Assembly (NCBI RefSeq): GCF_964355755.1
Contig: NC_092674.1
Location: 8,618,001-8,682,000, forward strand
Reading direction: 5' to 3'
Origin: Antedon mediterranea
Taxonomy: Eukaryota > Animalia > Echinodermata
DNA length: 64,000 bases
A program made the position numbers and the translations under genes. The notes below the pieces were generated by a model. That model made no database searches. It had not been told where the DNA came from and worked only from the letters and a program-made list of their open reading frames with translations. Below, piece by piece: positions 1-12,281 of the stretch (within the stretch, counting starts at the first letter, position 1; each line of letters begins with the position of its first letter).

Positions 1-631
1 TGATAAATGTTAAAAGTACCCAAAATACAATGTGCTCAGGTGGTCAAGATGCGACAGTAGTTGACTGAAGGTCAACAGCGGTCAATCAAATTACCATTAT
101 TTTGTGTTACATACAGCTAAAAGTTGCACAGCAATAACCAGTTAACTGGTCACCCAATCAATTGGGTGTTTTTAACTGTTATTTTCTGGCTTCCATTTAT
201 CCAGATTATTGAACATTTTGGGATAAATCCTGTTTCTGCTACCATGAAATTGGGTTAAATTATTCACATGGTGGATAATCGTTTTTTACAGGACCCTCAG
301 TGGGAAAAGAAATAAATTTTAGAATTTAAGCAGTAAACTTTTCAGTGAGGTATGTTTGCTGTTATTTATGGCTTCCCTTGTGTACCTTTTCCAGTAAAAT
401 AACTGTGAAACTAAACTAAAACCTGCTTCAGGAAGCATTTTAATATACTAAATTACTACAAATAAAACATATATTAGAACATTAATGTTGCCATTAAACT
501 TTAAAATGGTTCTAATGACCCTTGAAAGAGAGGTTTGAATTTTACATTCAATAACATACTTTACTTAGAATATATATCCTTGCAAATTAATGGTAGTTTA
601 ATTATAAATGTACAATCTAGGCCATTAAGTA

Positions 632-800
632 GTGGAGCTGTAGCTTGGTGGTTAACATGTTTGCCTTCCAATCCCAAGGTCCAGGGTTCAACTCAGCCAA
701 TGACCCTTTCTACGCCACTTCCTAAGCCTCAAATAAGAATTAATAAGCATTGTAGTATATATATGGTGTAATTGCCTAGTTTATCACTGTTGAATGTTTA
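632..800 (+). mobile_element. Degenerate tRNA-derived SINE
   Basis: tRNA-like head with A box TAGCTTGGTGG and B box GGTTCAACTC. A similar head occurs at about 7250-7310. The 3' boundary is approximate. Confidence 0.45.
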
Positions 801-1608
801 TGAAATGTAAAATGAAATAAATATTTGAATAAAACTATTATTTTAGTATGAAAGTACTTCAAATGAACTTATGTAATATATTCACACAAAAAAAGGACAA
901 AAATATATTTAAATGTTATTCATTTATTTTGATTAAAGATTATAATAAAATAATAATCTAAACAGTTTTGCATAAAGTACCTGTATAAATAAATAATTAA
1001 AAACAAAATAAAATTATCAAAATACCCTTTTCTATAGACAATGTAAGTCGGTGTATTGGCTTAATTTAAATATTCATGAATTATTCATGAGTTCTTTGAG
1101 ATAACAATGGAAACATTATCATAATTAGGTCAATGTTTTGTATTGATCATATGATCATAATAATTTGTTTTCGAATTATATAAAGCTGGAAATGTGAAAA
1201 TGAAATTATCACATTGTCCAGCGCTTTGGCACATTCTCAATCATCTCAAATAAGTTTACAAAATCCTGAAATCCAACTCTCAAATGTTTTTTCTAAAGAC
1301 ATAGGAATACAATACAAACTACATGTTTAGGACACCCTTCATTGAACACTTCCCCATGGAATGAATGAGGTCTTAACACTATGCCAACACTGTTAAAGTT
1401 ACACTTTGTTTGGTTCCCGAACATGTCCCTCTTATGGGCTCTACGGTACTTCATTAAGTTCTTTCTGTCTAACAATCTTTTTGAGATATTGTTTGCAATA
1501 ACTCGCACCACATTTTTTCTTTATAAAGTCTATTACCAGTACTGCAGCAGCAATGTTTTTCCTTTCTGCAAAATCTGAGATACTATTTAGGAATAATCTC
1601 TTTTACAG

Positions 1609-1686
1609 CAGTAGAACCTCAATTAAAGGGACACTTTCGGGACCCCTGAATAGGGGACGGGGTCCTAAAGGAGAGGTTGTATAGTA
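1609..1686. mobile_element. Short Tc1/mariner(pogo)-type MITE remnant
   Basis: CAGTAGAACCTC...AAAGGGACAC...GAGGTTGTATAGTA. Related pieces occur at about 3620-3700, 4860-4935 and 57570-57633 (...GTGTCCCCTTAATAGAGGTTCTACTGTA). Confidence 0.45.
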
Positions 1687-1696
1687 TCCAGTATAT

Positions 1697-1935
1697 TAAT
1701 AATATCCTGGATTTATATAGCGCCTAATGTAATGAAACCTCTAAGCGCTGAACATTATTACCCCAGTTATTTTTTTGGATCAAACACATATGGAAACATA
1801 GTTGTGTCTTGATCTAAACGGGTACCCATTTATACACCTGGGTGGAGAGAGGCAAACGTAAGTAAAGTATCTTGCCTACAGATACAACCAATGCGGCGAG
1901 AGTTGGATTCGAACCGCGGTCTCACGATTACATGG
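1697..1935 (-). mobile_element. 5'-truncated tRNA-derived CORE-type SINE with L2-like tail
   Basis: On the minus strand: B box GGTTCGAATCC, then CORE-like GGCAAGATACTTTAC...CCTCTCTCCACCCAGGTGTATAAATGGGTACC, then tail AGCGCTTAGAG...GGCGCTATATAAATCC...ATTATTA. Confidence 0.7.
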
Positions 1936-4257
1936 TTTTTGCAATACTGTTTGATGAAATAAATTCTAATTGCATAAAAGTTGGGTAATTTGTAATCCAA
2001 CTTGTAATCAACTCAGAAGAGTTTTGCTGCCGTTGTTTTCCACTTATTATTAGTGGTTTCCTGTTTAAATCTAGGGTACAATTAGAGCCATTAGTACCTT
2101 TAAAATGTCATGCTCATGCCTCCTTCAAAAGGTACTATTTTCCATATTGTCTAATGAAGTTTGCTAATTTCAAAGTGTTTTTTTAAATTCTCCAAGTTAT
2201 AAATCGGCACAGAAGTGTTTTCAGCCATGTTTTTCCACTTGTAGGATTAGTGGCTTCCTGAAGAACCATGGATCTGGGGAAAAAGTACCATGAGTGAAGG
2301 TCATATTAAGGTCATTCATATCCGTAATGCAAGTGTTGTATACCACAAATGAATATTGCAACAACAACGAAAGATGAACACAAGTCTGCATTTCGCTAGA
2401 TATGATCTTTCCTTATTTATAGTAATATTAAAACTGAGTATGTGAACATGCAAAAACTGAGACATGGCTGAACCACAGTACCAGGATTTACTACAAGTTT
2501 AAAAATTATTGGTGTTAGTTCACATCCTGTTATTGGAATGTTATCAGTTACTGCAGTAAACTACATATGCAAAACTAACATATGATTTTAGCTTTGTTCA
2601 ATAAACATTAAAATATATATAAAATAATAGATAGTAGAATAAACATGTGCAGAAATAAATATACTGTAAAACAGTTGGTATCTATATTATAATTTGATTT
2701 CTTCCACTACCCCAAGACTGAAATGTCAAAGTTCATAAGGTGAGTGCTAGTTAAAATTTAAGTATAAAAGGCATCCATAACATACATACTTATATTTCCA
2801 TAATTCACTGTATTCACAATAAAGTAGATTGTACACTGGAGATCTTATCGTGTATATATATCATCAATTTTAATCAAAGGATGTGACTGGTAGAATTTTT
2901 AGTACTGGATCTAACGACGTCAAGAAATTAAACTAGGAAAATGCAAATTGACTGATAGGTAATATAGACAGAATGATATCAAGAATATATTGATTCTGCA
3001 TACAAATTTAGCTTAGCAAACTAATAGCTAACTGACCTCTTTAAATGGGTGCTCAGACGATAATACCAAGAGTCATAGTTCGATCTTTAATCTGTTGTGA
3101 TGTTGCACTGTTATTTTCTTCTTGCTTTTTATGTGGCTTTTATATTGCATAAATAAAGTTTATTATTATACTTGATATGATATTCTATTCATTTCTTCAC
3201 ATATAATTATGTATCTATTTTGTTGTATACATAAAGTTTCCAATTTTGTATTTTTCTTCTTTATATCATTGTGAAATTTACTAACAGCAGTTGCCATGAC
3301 AGTAAAGCCCCTTCAAGGTACATCCCTATTTACCTTTTGAAGAAGTTGCCAATACAAGGCCAGGAGACTACCATATTTTTAACTTGTTTCTCGGCTTTAT
3401 ATTGTGCTCCCAGTTTTCCGCATTTTCTCCCGGTCTTTCACATTTTCTCCGGAATTACAAAGATAACTGAATTTTGTTGTATACTGTATGTGTGGTTTTC
3501 TGCACACAAGCCACCATCATGCAATACAGCTTGTGACATCACACACTGCACTCCTTATCCCTCGATAATAGTGGGCGCTATTGACCTAAAATTGTTTTAA
3601 CTTCAGACGTTGGCATCTATGCACTATGACCAAACCATATTCAGGAGACACCCCTATAAAGGAACACTCTTTCGTCCTGAATGTGTCGATTAGATAGCAG
3701 ACACCGTCACGAATATCAATTCATGAAAAAAAAGGGGAAAAAATTAGAGCAGGGCTCCCTAAGTATCAAATGAGACTTTTTAGTTTATGAGCACGATAAT
3801 TTATTATTGGTGAGTTTCTCGCTTTTGGATGCATGTGCAATTTTTAAAAATTTTAAAATATGAAAATCAGAAGATTCTTGATAGATTGAAACAGCGAATA
3901 TGTCTCTTAATATATCAACTCTTTATGGAATTACCTGTTTCTTGTTTAAAGCCATATCATTACCATACACAAAGCCGCTACATCAAATACTTGCAATAAA
4001 CTATTTGTTTTAAAGATTGATGTACAAAAAGCGGCTTGGAAATTGTGTCTTAAAACAAGCAACTGTCAGATATTGCAATGAATCCAATCGCCAACTCTTC
4101 TTGGAGTAACAATCATAATTTACTCGATAATGTTTATGGATATTTCTGTTAGGTATGCTAATCAGGTTTCTGATCATTATAAAGTAAAAACAGAAATATG
4201 AAATTAGCGCTGATTCTATGAATTCTATATCACATATTTCAAATTATGATATCAAAA

Positions 4258-4840
4258 AGGATTATTTAATTTAAATTTAGTAATTTCTTCGAAAGTTGTA
4301 TTGTACCTTTATGAGATTTAACAGAAATATCACTTTTTAGTGGATACATATAGAACAGTTTGACTTTAATTGTAAATTCTTGAATATTGTGAGGTATGAA
4401 ATTTGATATAATTTTAATATGTTATACTTTATATTATGCTTTTAAGGATAGATAGAATTTCCTTTCTTATTACTTGAACATGAATAAACAATGTATTCTG
4501 AAAGAATATTCTGATAATTATATTTTTATTTTATTTTTTTTTTTACTTTAGCGTAAACATACACTATAGTTATCAATAATAAAAAAATATAAATTGAAGT
4601 AATCAAGAGGACATTACACATAAAACAAACATGGAATTATTTAATTTAAATTTAGTGATTTTATCAAAAGTCGTATTGTTTGTACTGTACCTTTATGAAA
4701 TTAACAGAAATATAACTTTTTAGTCGATGCATATAGAACGGTGGGACAGTAACTTTTGTGTATTCTTGAAATTTTTAAAGTATTTTAAATATAGAAATTA
4801 AAGAATTTAAGGGGACATTTCACATGAAACAAACAAGGGA
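4258..4840. repeat. Diverged local duplication
   Basis: ATTATTTAATTTAAATTTAGT...CATATAGAAC occurs at about 4261 and 4636. GGACATT.CACAT.AAACAAAC occurs at about 4609 and 4813. Confidence 0.55.
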
Positions 4841-5121
4841 AAATATGTTTTAAACACTATGCCCAACCTTAATTTAAGTGACGCCTCTATTAAGGGGACA
4901 CTTTGTTTGTGTCCCAAATGTGGGGTTTAACTGTATGAATCATGTGTGACGATTATAAATAATACCACTAAAATAAATAAATGTTAATTATATAAATTAC
5001 CTTATTAAATATTAAATTTATTTCATTCTAAAATGCAGTATTTACATTTAGAACAGCAATACAAATGTACAGTACAATACAAATGAAATTATTGGGACTT
5101 TTTTTCATACAATACATTTCC

Positions 5122-5156
5122 CACAGAGACACAGAAGAGCTCTTTGGTAGTCTATG
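5122..5156. mobile_element. 35-bp P-superfamily-like mini element
   Basis: Termini CACAGA...TCTATG, flanked by ACATTTCC (5114-5121) and GCATTTCC (5157-5164). Confidence 0.45.
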
Positions 5157-6440
5157 GCATTTCCCTATACAGCCTCTTTCTGAAGACCCCCTAGATTTTG
5201 CAGGCCTCTAATTTATGAACAAATACTGTAAAAATTAATTTTATTGTGAATAATGTTTTGTTATGACAGTATAATTTGTGAATTTTATATTGTGTACTTT
5301 TGAAAAGCAGTATCAAATAATTGTCTAAGAATTGGCATGCTTTTCCCAAGGTCCCTTGCACAAAGGATACAGAATGAGTCACTGAAAACATGAAAGCTCT
5401 TTTATTTAGTGGTAGGTTGTTTTATTGTTTTGTACATTGTTATTAAAGTTCATTGGCATATTTATTTGGGATGACAGTTTAATATAACAATTTAGTTTCG
5501 TTTATTTAACATCAGTGAAGTAGATATTAAAATAAGTGTATTTAATATGCTGGGTTGTTTTACAATTTATTTTAATTTATTTTTTTGTTTGATATACAAA
5601 GAATGACAGGATAATGATAGACACTAATATTTAATTATTAGTAGTTATTTATAGTAGTTGTGTTTTTGTTTTTGGTTGTTATGAAACAATTAGTACCACT
5701 GTGTAGGCTCGATTTGAACCAATCCTGGAATTTTACGGTAAATCATAAAATTACCAGTCTTCTGTGCCACTTTTGTAACCATTTTTCATATTAAATTTAT
5801 GATGTTGGACATTTCGCAGAGATGATATCATTTCTATTTATTTTTTTAATGATTTCAAAATAATATTTATTTAAATATAATATTAAATTGTTCCATTAAC
5901 TATTTAAGGTTTCTAATTTAGACACCTCAGTAAAATAAGCTCGCTGTTGTACTTTTTTTTTTTATTTTATTCTTAAATGTTTTACCTTTGTGAAATCCAA
6001 ACAAAAATAAATACTGGGTATTTACATTCTAAATTTAAATTAATTCTGTGAAAGCAGGATTTTGTAGGTCAGTGTTAAATTTGAAATACCACTAATTCCA
6101 TAGATTTGTCAATCATCACATCAAAGTCAATATAAAAACATACTTCATATCAATTTTGTTATCAATTTAGTGGAAACATTTTTTTTCTTTGTTTGAACAG
6201 ATGAAGTCATCACAAATTAAACAAATTTGGATCCCAAGCTGTTATAGCAATAAAGAAATATTTTTCTGCCATTTTCTTCAGATAAAATTTAATGTGCAAT
6301 TATGTCAAGGTGTTTGGTGGGTGATTTACAACTTAGGAAATTTGAATTTCAACAGCTTTTATATTTAAAGTGACTTATAGAGGTTTAACTTTACTGTTGT
6401 TGTTTGGTGAAGACAATACAATTAGTCTATTTCGTGCCTA

Positions 6441-6662
6441 GCTTACCTGGATAAACCCACAATGGCCTTTGCTCTCTAAAGGGAGGGCTTAGATGCGAAA
6501 AGTTAACTGATGACGGTGGTACATTGAGACGTTCCCACATGAGGTTGTGGACTCGTCCATTATGGTAGAGGGGTGCTCTAAGAATATTTAGTAGACTATA
6601 CTTTTCGTATTTAAGCTCTCCCTATGGAGAACATGGGCCATTGTCGGTTTATCCAGGTAAGC
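6441..6662. mobile_element. MITE (about 220 bp)
   Basis: TIRs GCTTACCTGGATAAACCCACAATGGCC and GGCCATTGTCGGTTTATCCAGGTAAGC. A partial second copy lies at about 9625-9750. Confidence 0.75.
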
Positions 6663-7428
6663 AACACTCATAGGCTAAAACCAATAGTGGTTTGTATAAT
6701 ATAACAGTATTGTGAGCTTACTGTACAAAGGAGTTCCGTTTAAGATCCTTTATTTTTTTTAAATTTTCATTGTCATACTTTTGTCATTTTCATTGTTAAT
6801 ATTAAACTGTATGTACCAGTTAATTTTGTTATTGTGAATGTGATAGTCAGAATGGTACTAACATGTCGTCCGGATTTTGCCATTTCCTGCATCAAGTGGA
6901 TTCTCTCAATAATTTGAATAGCAGTTGCATAGCGACTAAATACAAACTTTATCAGTAAAGCGTTTTATCAATAATGTTGTTTCCAGATAATTTAAGTTTA
7001 ATTTTTTGCCTTAAGCATCATTGCATTACAATTTCTGCTTTATTTTTTATTCAGTTGTTGATTATTGTAAAATAGATTTGAAAAAATAATGATTATAGCT
7101 CAATGCAATAATTTGAATTGAAGCTATCAATACCTTGCATAGATAATTTGGCTTAGGATCTAAGCATACAATATTATCATTTGTCAATTGTTTTGATTTG
7201 CATAGTGAAGAAGAATATACAATACAAATATCTTGCAAATAAAAGATCTGTGGCTTGGTGGTTGTCATGCTTGCTTTACAATCCCAGGGTCTTTGGTTCA
7301 AATCCTGTCAAAGTTCTTTGATTTCTCTGATAGCCAATGTAGAACCACTAATAATAGCTTATAATAGTAGAATCATGTATATGATGTCAAATCGTGTGAA
7401 AATAATTATATATAAAAACATTCACAAT

Positions 7429-7600
7429 AGCGTGTCTGTGTACACTATCAAACTAGTTTGACAAAAAAAGTGTGATGTGCCCAAATACGGTAGTAATATT
7501 CCCAAATATGGTGGTATAGTGATATGACATCATCATGTCCATATATGGGCTGCACGTCACATTTATTTGTCACATAAAGTTTAATAGTGTAAACAGAGCT
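7429..7600. mobile_element. Hairpin MITE (about 170 bp)
   Basis: TCTGTGTACACTATCAAACT...TGACAAAAAAAGTGTGATGTGCCC pairs with GGGCTGCACGTCACATTTATTTGTCACATAAAGTTTAATAGTGTAAACAGA. Confidence 0.7.
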
Positions 7601-8297
7601 TTGAAGTTGTTGAAGTTGACCAATTCTTTTTAAATTGAAAACTATTTAATAGTTTATAAGATTTTATTAGATTAGATAATCTTCTTACATAAAAATGATC
7701 ATAGACTTTGAGAAGAATCTTGTGGTAATCAGTGTGCTTGCTTGATTCGTCACTACGCCTAAAGACAGTGTCCAGGTCCCTGATCATCTTTTATACCCTA
7801 ATCCTAGCCTGCCAAGACAGACATCATTTAGATATTTTAAAGTACAGTAATCCAATACTTAGCATTTTGCTGACTTTTTCTTTACTATAGAAACGTACTA
7901 GGTTTATATGGGATGGTAGCCATTTTAATTGCCATGTAATCGGTCTGCTTAATCGCCTTAGGCCTTTGATTTCTTCTGCAACCTCTCTCGTTATCCGATT
8001 ATTAATTTTACACATTATTAACTGCCTTAATAGTAACATATAGATGCACTAAATTATAGTTAGTATTCTGCATAATCCTATAAAGCCGGAGCTTAGGCAC
8101 ATAGCCTAGCAATCAATTCCACTGCAGTATACTGTACAATCATAGAGTGTGTTTCTGCTAAAACCCTGCTAAATAATTCCAAAAACAATATCTTTATTGT
8201 AAATAATGATAAAAACCACATCACAATACACCATCCTTTTCTACCCCCTTTCAACGAGTTGGTGTCTTGTTAGGGAAGATTGACGAAGTGAGTCTTT

Positions 8298-9320
8298 GGG
8301 CCTGTTTCTGCTGAGCAGAAATAATCGATTATTAACCGTTTATTTTTTTAATCGATTATTTTTGGGCAGCAGAAACGGCGCAAAATAAAATAACCGATTA
8401 AAAATAACCGATTAAAAACACTCAATCCATTGCGTGTTTTAATCGATTATTTCTTGTTTTAACCGATTATTGCGGAGCAGTTTTGAGCTGCAACACAAAT
8501 AGCGATTATTGACCTCACTTTGACCTCTACAGTATGACAAACTTCACTTCACAAAGCATATTTTTTATATAGTATGTTTAATTGTTTTAAGGATGCACCA
8601 TTATTATGTGTGCCGCTGTTCAAAAAGCGTTTTCCAAATAAATTATTATTATTATATTATTAAAGCATGCTGTTTATTTGCGCGATATCGACGACGATCA
8701 GCAAAACCACGATCGCGATGTAGACCGAATAACAATCAAATGTTAAACATTTGATTTTTATTATTTTGTGGGGGAGAATTATACCGAGAGACTCCGGGAT
8801 TCTGTGTTACAAGTACACCCGTTACATACCACCAGTCCAAGCTAACGATGTTTTACATGTCATTTTTTAGGCCTGTTGTCTGTTGACTTGTTTCGGTAGA
8901 AATATATCTATAGGCCTAGCAGGCCGAAGGTATAACCAACGAACGGCGAAACGAACTTTTTTCGCCGACGTGTCCTTATTAATATAACATCATTATTCTG
9001 TTGTATGTGGTACGGTAGTAGGCCTAGATGTTTATTTTACAAATAATATAGCTTTAGGTAAGAGTAATTTTTAATCCTACATGTGAGAGCATAGAGATAT
9101 TATATGGTGAGAGTTTTAGGCAGCGATAGACAAACCAACTCTCATCGGCCTTTCATAACTTGAACTGCGCTGTGGGGGAATGATGACGTGATTTTAAAAA
9201 CCGATTACCTGAATAACCGATTAAAGTCGTAGCAATTTTCAATTGCAACGCGATTATTTTTGTGGTTTGCGGTGACTGGAAAAAATCGATTATTTTGATT
9301 TTTTCAGCAGAAACAGACCC
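8298..9320. mobile_element. Non-autonomous DNA transposon, PIF/Harbinger-like (about 1.0 kb)
   Basis: TIRs GGGCCTGTTTCTGCTGA and TCAGCAGAAACAGACCC with 3-bp flanks TTT/TTT. Many subterminal AA(T/C)CGATTA repeats lie at both ends. Confidence 0.75.
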
Positions 9321-9871
9321 TTTAACTTACAATCAAGGTCGAACAACATTGACATGAAACAGCTAAAAAGTCTGCTCCATTTTTCTTCAGCCTCAATCGT
9401 ATTATTTTGAAAATCCTATTAAACATTGGTTAGTTTCTAATTCTACAGTATTTCAAAGAAAATGTATTCATGCATTTATTATCCATTTCCTCGCAGCATA
9501 AATAGGTCTGTATACATTTAGTTTAGTTTTTAGAGACAATTAACTAATTATAAATATTAACAAAGTACAGTAGTGTAGCTCTTCATTCAGACATGTTACT
9601 TTTACCATGTCTCGAAAAGAAATGATGATGGTGGTATGTTGGGATGTTCCCACTTAAGGGGGTTATCCGACAGGGGTTTTTCAAAATGTTTTTATATTCG
9701 AGTTGTAGCTCTCTTCTCGGAGGCCAATGTCGGTTTATCCAGGTAAGCTAGTTAAGTTAATTATAAATATTAATCTAATCCAAGCTTAGCCACATAATTT
9801 TAGTAGCCTAACCAGAGAGTAACTGGCCTAACATTTGTCAATCTTCCCAGGATCTGCCAGTGAGTTCTACC

Positions 9872-9904
9872 CATGGAGTAAAGAATAATAAGCTTTACTC
9901 CATG
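9872..9904. mobile_element. 33-bp P-superfamily-like mini element
   Basis: Perfect 12-bp TIR CATGGAGTAAAG/CTTTACTCCATG around a 9-bp loop, with a perfect 8-bp TSD GTTCTACC (9864-9871 and 9905-9912). Confidence 0.7.
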
Positions 9905-11009
9905 GTTCTACCACTGTCTATTCTTGGATCTGTATCTTACACCATTATAACAATGGCCTGCCACTATGTTTAAAAAAAAACAATAGTGTCTTGTCCTTCA
10001 GATGCCTAGTCTTGTTTCATATTGACTTGATACTATGTAGATTATAGTATCCAATGATTAATGTAGAAGAAGATTAAGAATTAATCCTGCCATGATCAGT
10101 CCATCATTACAATACGAAGAGAAAGTTAATTACTATAGTGTACTGTTATCTTTTCTCATTATCTTATCATTTCCAAGGCTGTGTGACCAAAAGTAATGGT
10201 AGTTATTAAACAGCAAGACTCCAGCTTGTAGCCAATGTAGTTCATAGAACAAACCCCTTTTTTTCCCTCTGTTCAAACTAGCGCAGCAGTGGAAGTGTAA
10301 TAAAGGCCTAGTTTTGTTATTAGAAATTCCATAATAGTGTTAGAAATTATAGTTCTAATTATAGCTCATGATGATTTTGGTAATAATTACTAGCCAGTGT
10401 TATCGTAAAACTGACCACATCACTTGTCTGCTCCTGTTTGGGGGAGCCCCTATTGCATTCCTAGCTATGGGCTTGGGCCTCTTGCTTGAGAACCTTGCAA
10501 ATGCCTTAAAGTAAATTTAAGCTGGATTGAGACTTGCATTGTTGGGTAAACTGTCTGAAACAACACTATTATCTTCATAATTTCCAAGGTTGTGTAGGAA
10601 AAAATAAGAATGGGTTATTAAACAGCAGGCCTGGAGCTTTTTAAAGGGTTATTCATTGATTTAAACTGAACCTAATCTGAGTTGAAATCTGTATTGTTTA
10701 ACTGTAAATCCATCTAAGCCACACCAATATTTTTGTGATACAGTAGATCTTCCTCATTTGAACTGGGGACACTTTCAAGGGGAAATGTATATGTTTTAAT
10801 ACTACGGTCAGCCCATGTTCAGATGAAACTCCTAGTAAATGGAATCTTTGTTGTTGTCTAATATATTATTCAGTTTTCCAATAAAATATTGATCATAAAA
10901 TTAATTATACTTAGGTTGATCATTTAATATTTATATATGTTCAAAATATTACTTTTACTTATGTCATATGATATATTAATTGTATTTAATAATTATAAAA
11001 TAGAATATA

Positions 11010-12281
11010 TTGAAACAAAGGCATCTAAAAATACACTGTCCCAAAAAAAATGATGACATTTCTAAAATTAGAGCTGATATCGACAAATCTAATGAAAGAA
11101 TGAAAAAATTGGAGAAGGAAAACAAAAATCTGAAACTTGACTTTGAGTCTTGGAGGTTATGGGAAAAACGGACAATGAACAAGGAAGAACAAATAAAGAC
11201 ATTACGTCAACAAGTTACAGAAACGGAGCGTAGCTTATCCATAGCTAAAGACGAAATATATGAACTAAAAAGAACGCAAATTGCCATCGACACCTCAGAT
11301 TTTGAACTACAACGTAGGACGAGAAAACAAATAATGGAAAGTCACACAAGTTCTACGACAACGCAAACAAGGAAAGTTTCTTCTAACACAAACGATTCTA
11401 TTACACAAACTGAACAATTGATTGATAATCTGTTTGAGGAGCTTACCAACAGGCAGCCATCTTCTACTCCTTCAAAACTGACCAAATCAAAATCATCTGC
11501 GTCTGCTGCATACCAGGATCAACTAAGCCAATATAGAAACAAACACAAACAGATACACTCTGATACAGCTTTAGATAAAAAAATCTTGATTATTGGAGAT
11601 TCGATGATAAAACAGTTTAAACCAAAACGACTTAGCAGGTCAACAAATCTGAACGTAATCTGTCAGACAATGAGAGGCGCGAAAATTGATGACATTGCAC
11701 ACAAGGCAGCAGTACTGTCAACAGAACATAATGTGGATAGAATTATTCTACACGCGGGAACTAATAACTCCTCAGATGACCCAGCCACTATTGCAGTAAA
11801 AATATCATCTCTCGGAGAATCTTTACAACCGAGAAGAGTAACAATCTCCTCGATAATTCATCGAAAACATGAATCTCTTACAGAATCTAAGCGTATAAAC
11901 GATGCCAATGACAAGATACGAGCAGTTGCTAGACAGCGAAATTGGGGCTTTATTGACAATAGTTGTATCATGTCAAAACACCTGTCTTCGGATGGAACTC
12001 ACCTAAACCAAATTGGAGTTGGGTCATTTGCCAAAAATGTTATAAACCACATCAATGGAAATTCGTGCGACGAATCTTTGTCTGTACCTGTGCCTGACAT
12101 ACACAAGCCACAGTCGTCGATTTTTCATCGTGCGAATATGTATCAACGACAAACGGAAGCAAATCGTCCATTGGAGAATCATCAATTTCTACAAATAAAA
12201 CCCCACAGAGACCAAATACACCAAGAGTGGAGCCAGTACCTGGACACAGTCCGCCGACTGCAAAAGGACACAGCGCCATAA
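11010..12281 (+). CDS. LINE ORF1p: coiled coil plus SGNH/GDSL esterase domain (N-terminus probably truncated)
   Basis: Heptad-rich N-terminal part, then SGNH blocks ILIIGDSMIK, RGAKI, ILHAGTNN and DGTHLN, as in CR1/L2 ORF1 esterases. The first ATG is at 11100. Confidence 0.85.
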   Translation: MKQRHLKIHCPKKNDDISKIRADIDKSNERMKKLEKENKNLKLDFESWRLWEKRTMNKEEQIKTLRQQVTETERSLSIAKDEIYELKRTQIAIDTSDFELQRRTRKQIMESHTSSTTTQTRKVSSNTNDSITQTEQLIDNLFEELTNRQPSSTPSKLTKSKSSASAAYQDQLSQYRNKHKQIHSDTALDKKILIIGDSMIKQFKPKRLSRSTNLNVICQTMRGAKIDDIAHKAAVLSTEHNVDRIILHAGTNNSSDDPATIAVKISSLGESLQPRRVTISSIIHRKHESLTESKRINDANDKIRAVARQRNWGFIDNSCIMSKHLSSDGTHLNQIGVGSFAKNVINHINGNSCDESLSVPVPDIHKPQSSIFHRANMYQRQTEANRPLENHQFLQIKPHRDQIHQEWSQYLDTVRRLQKDTAP

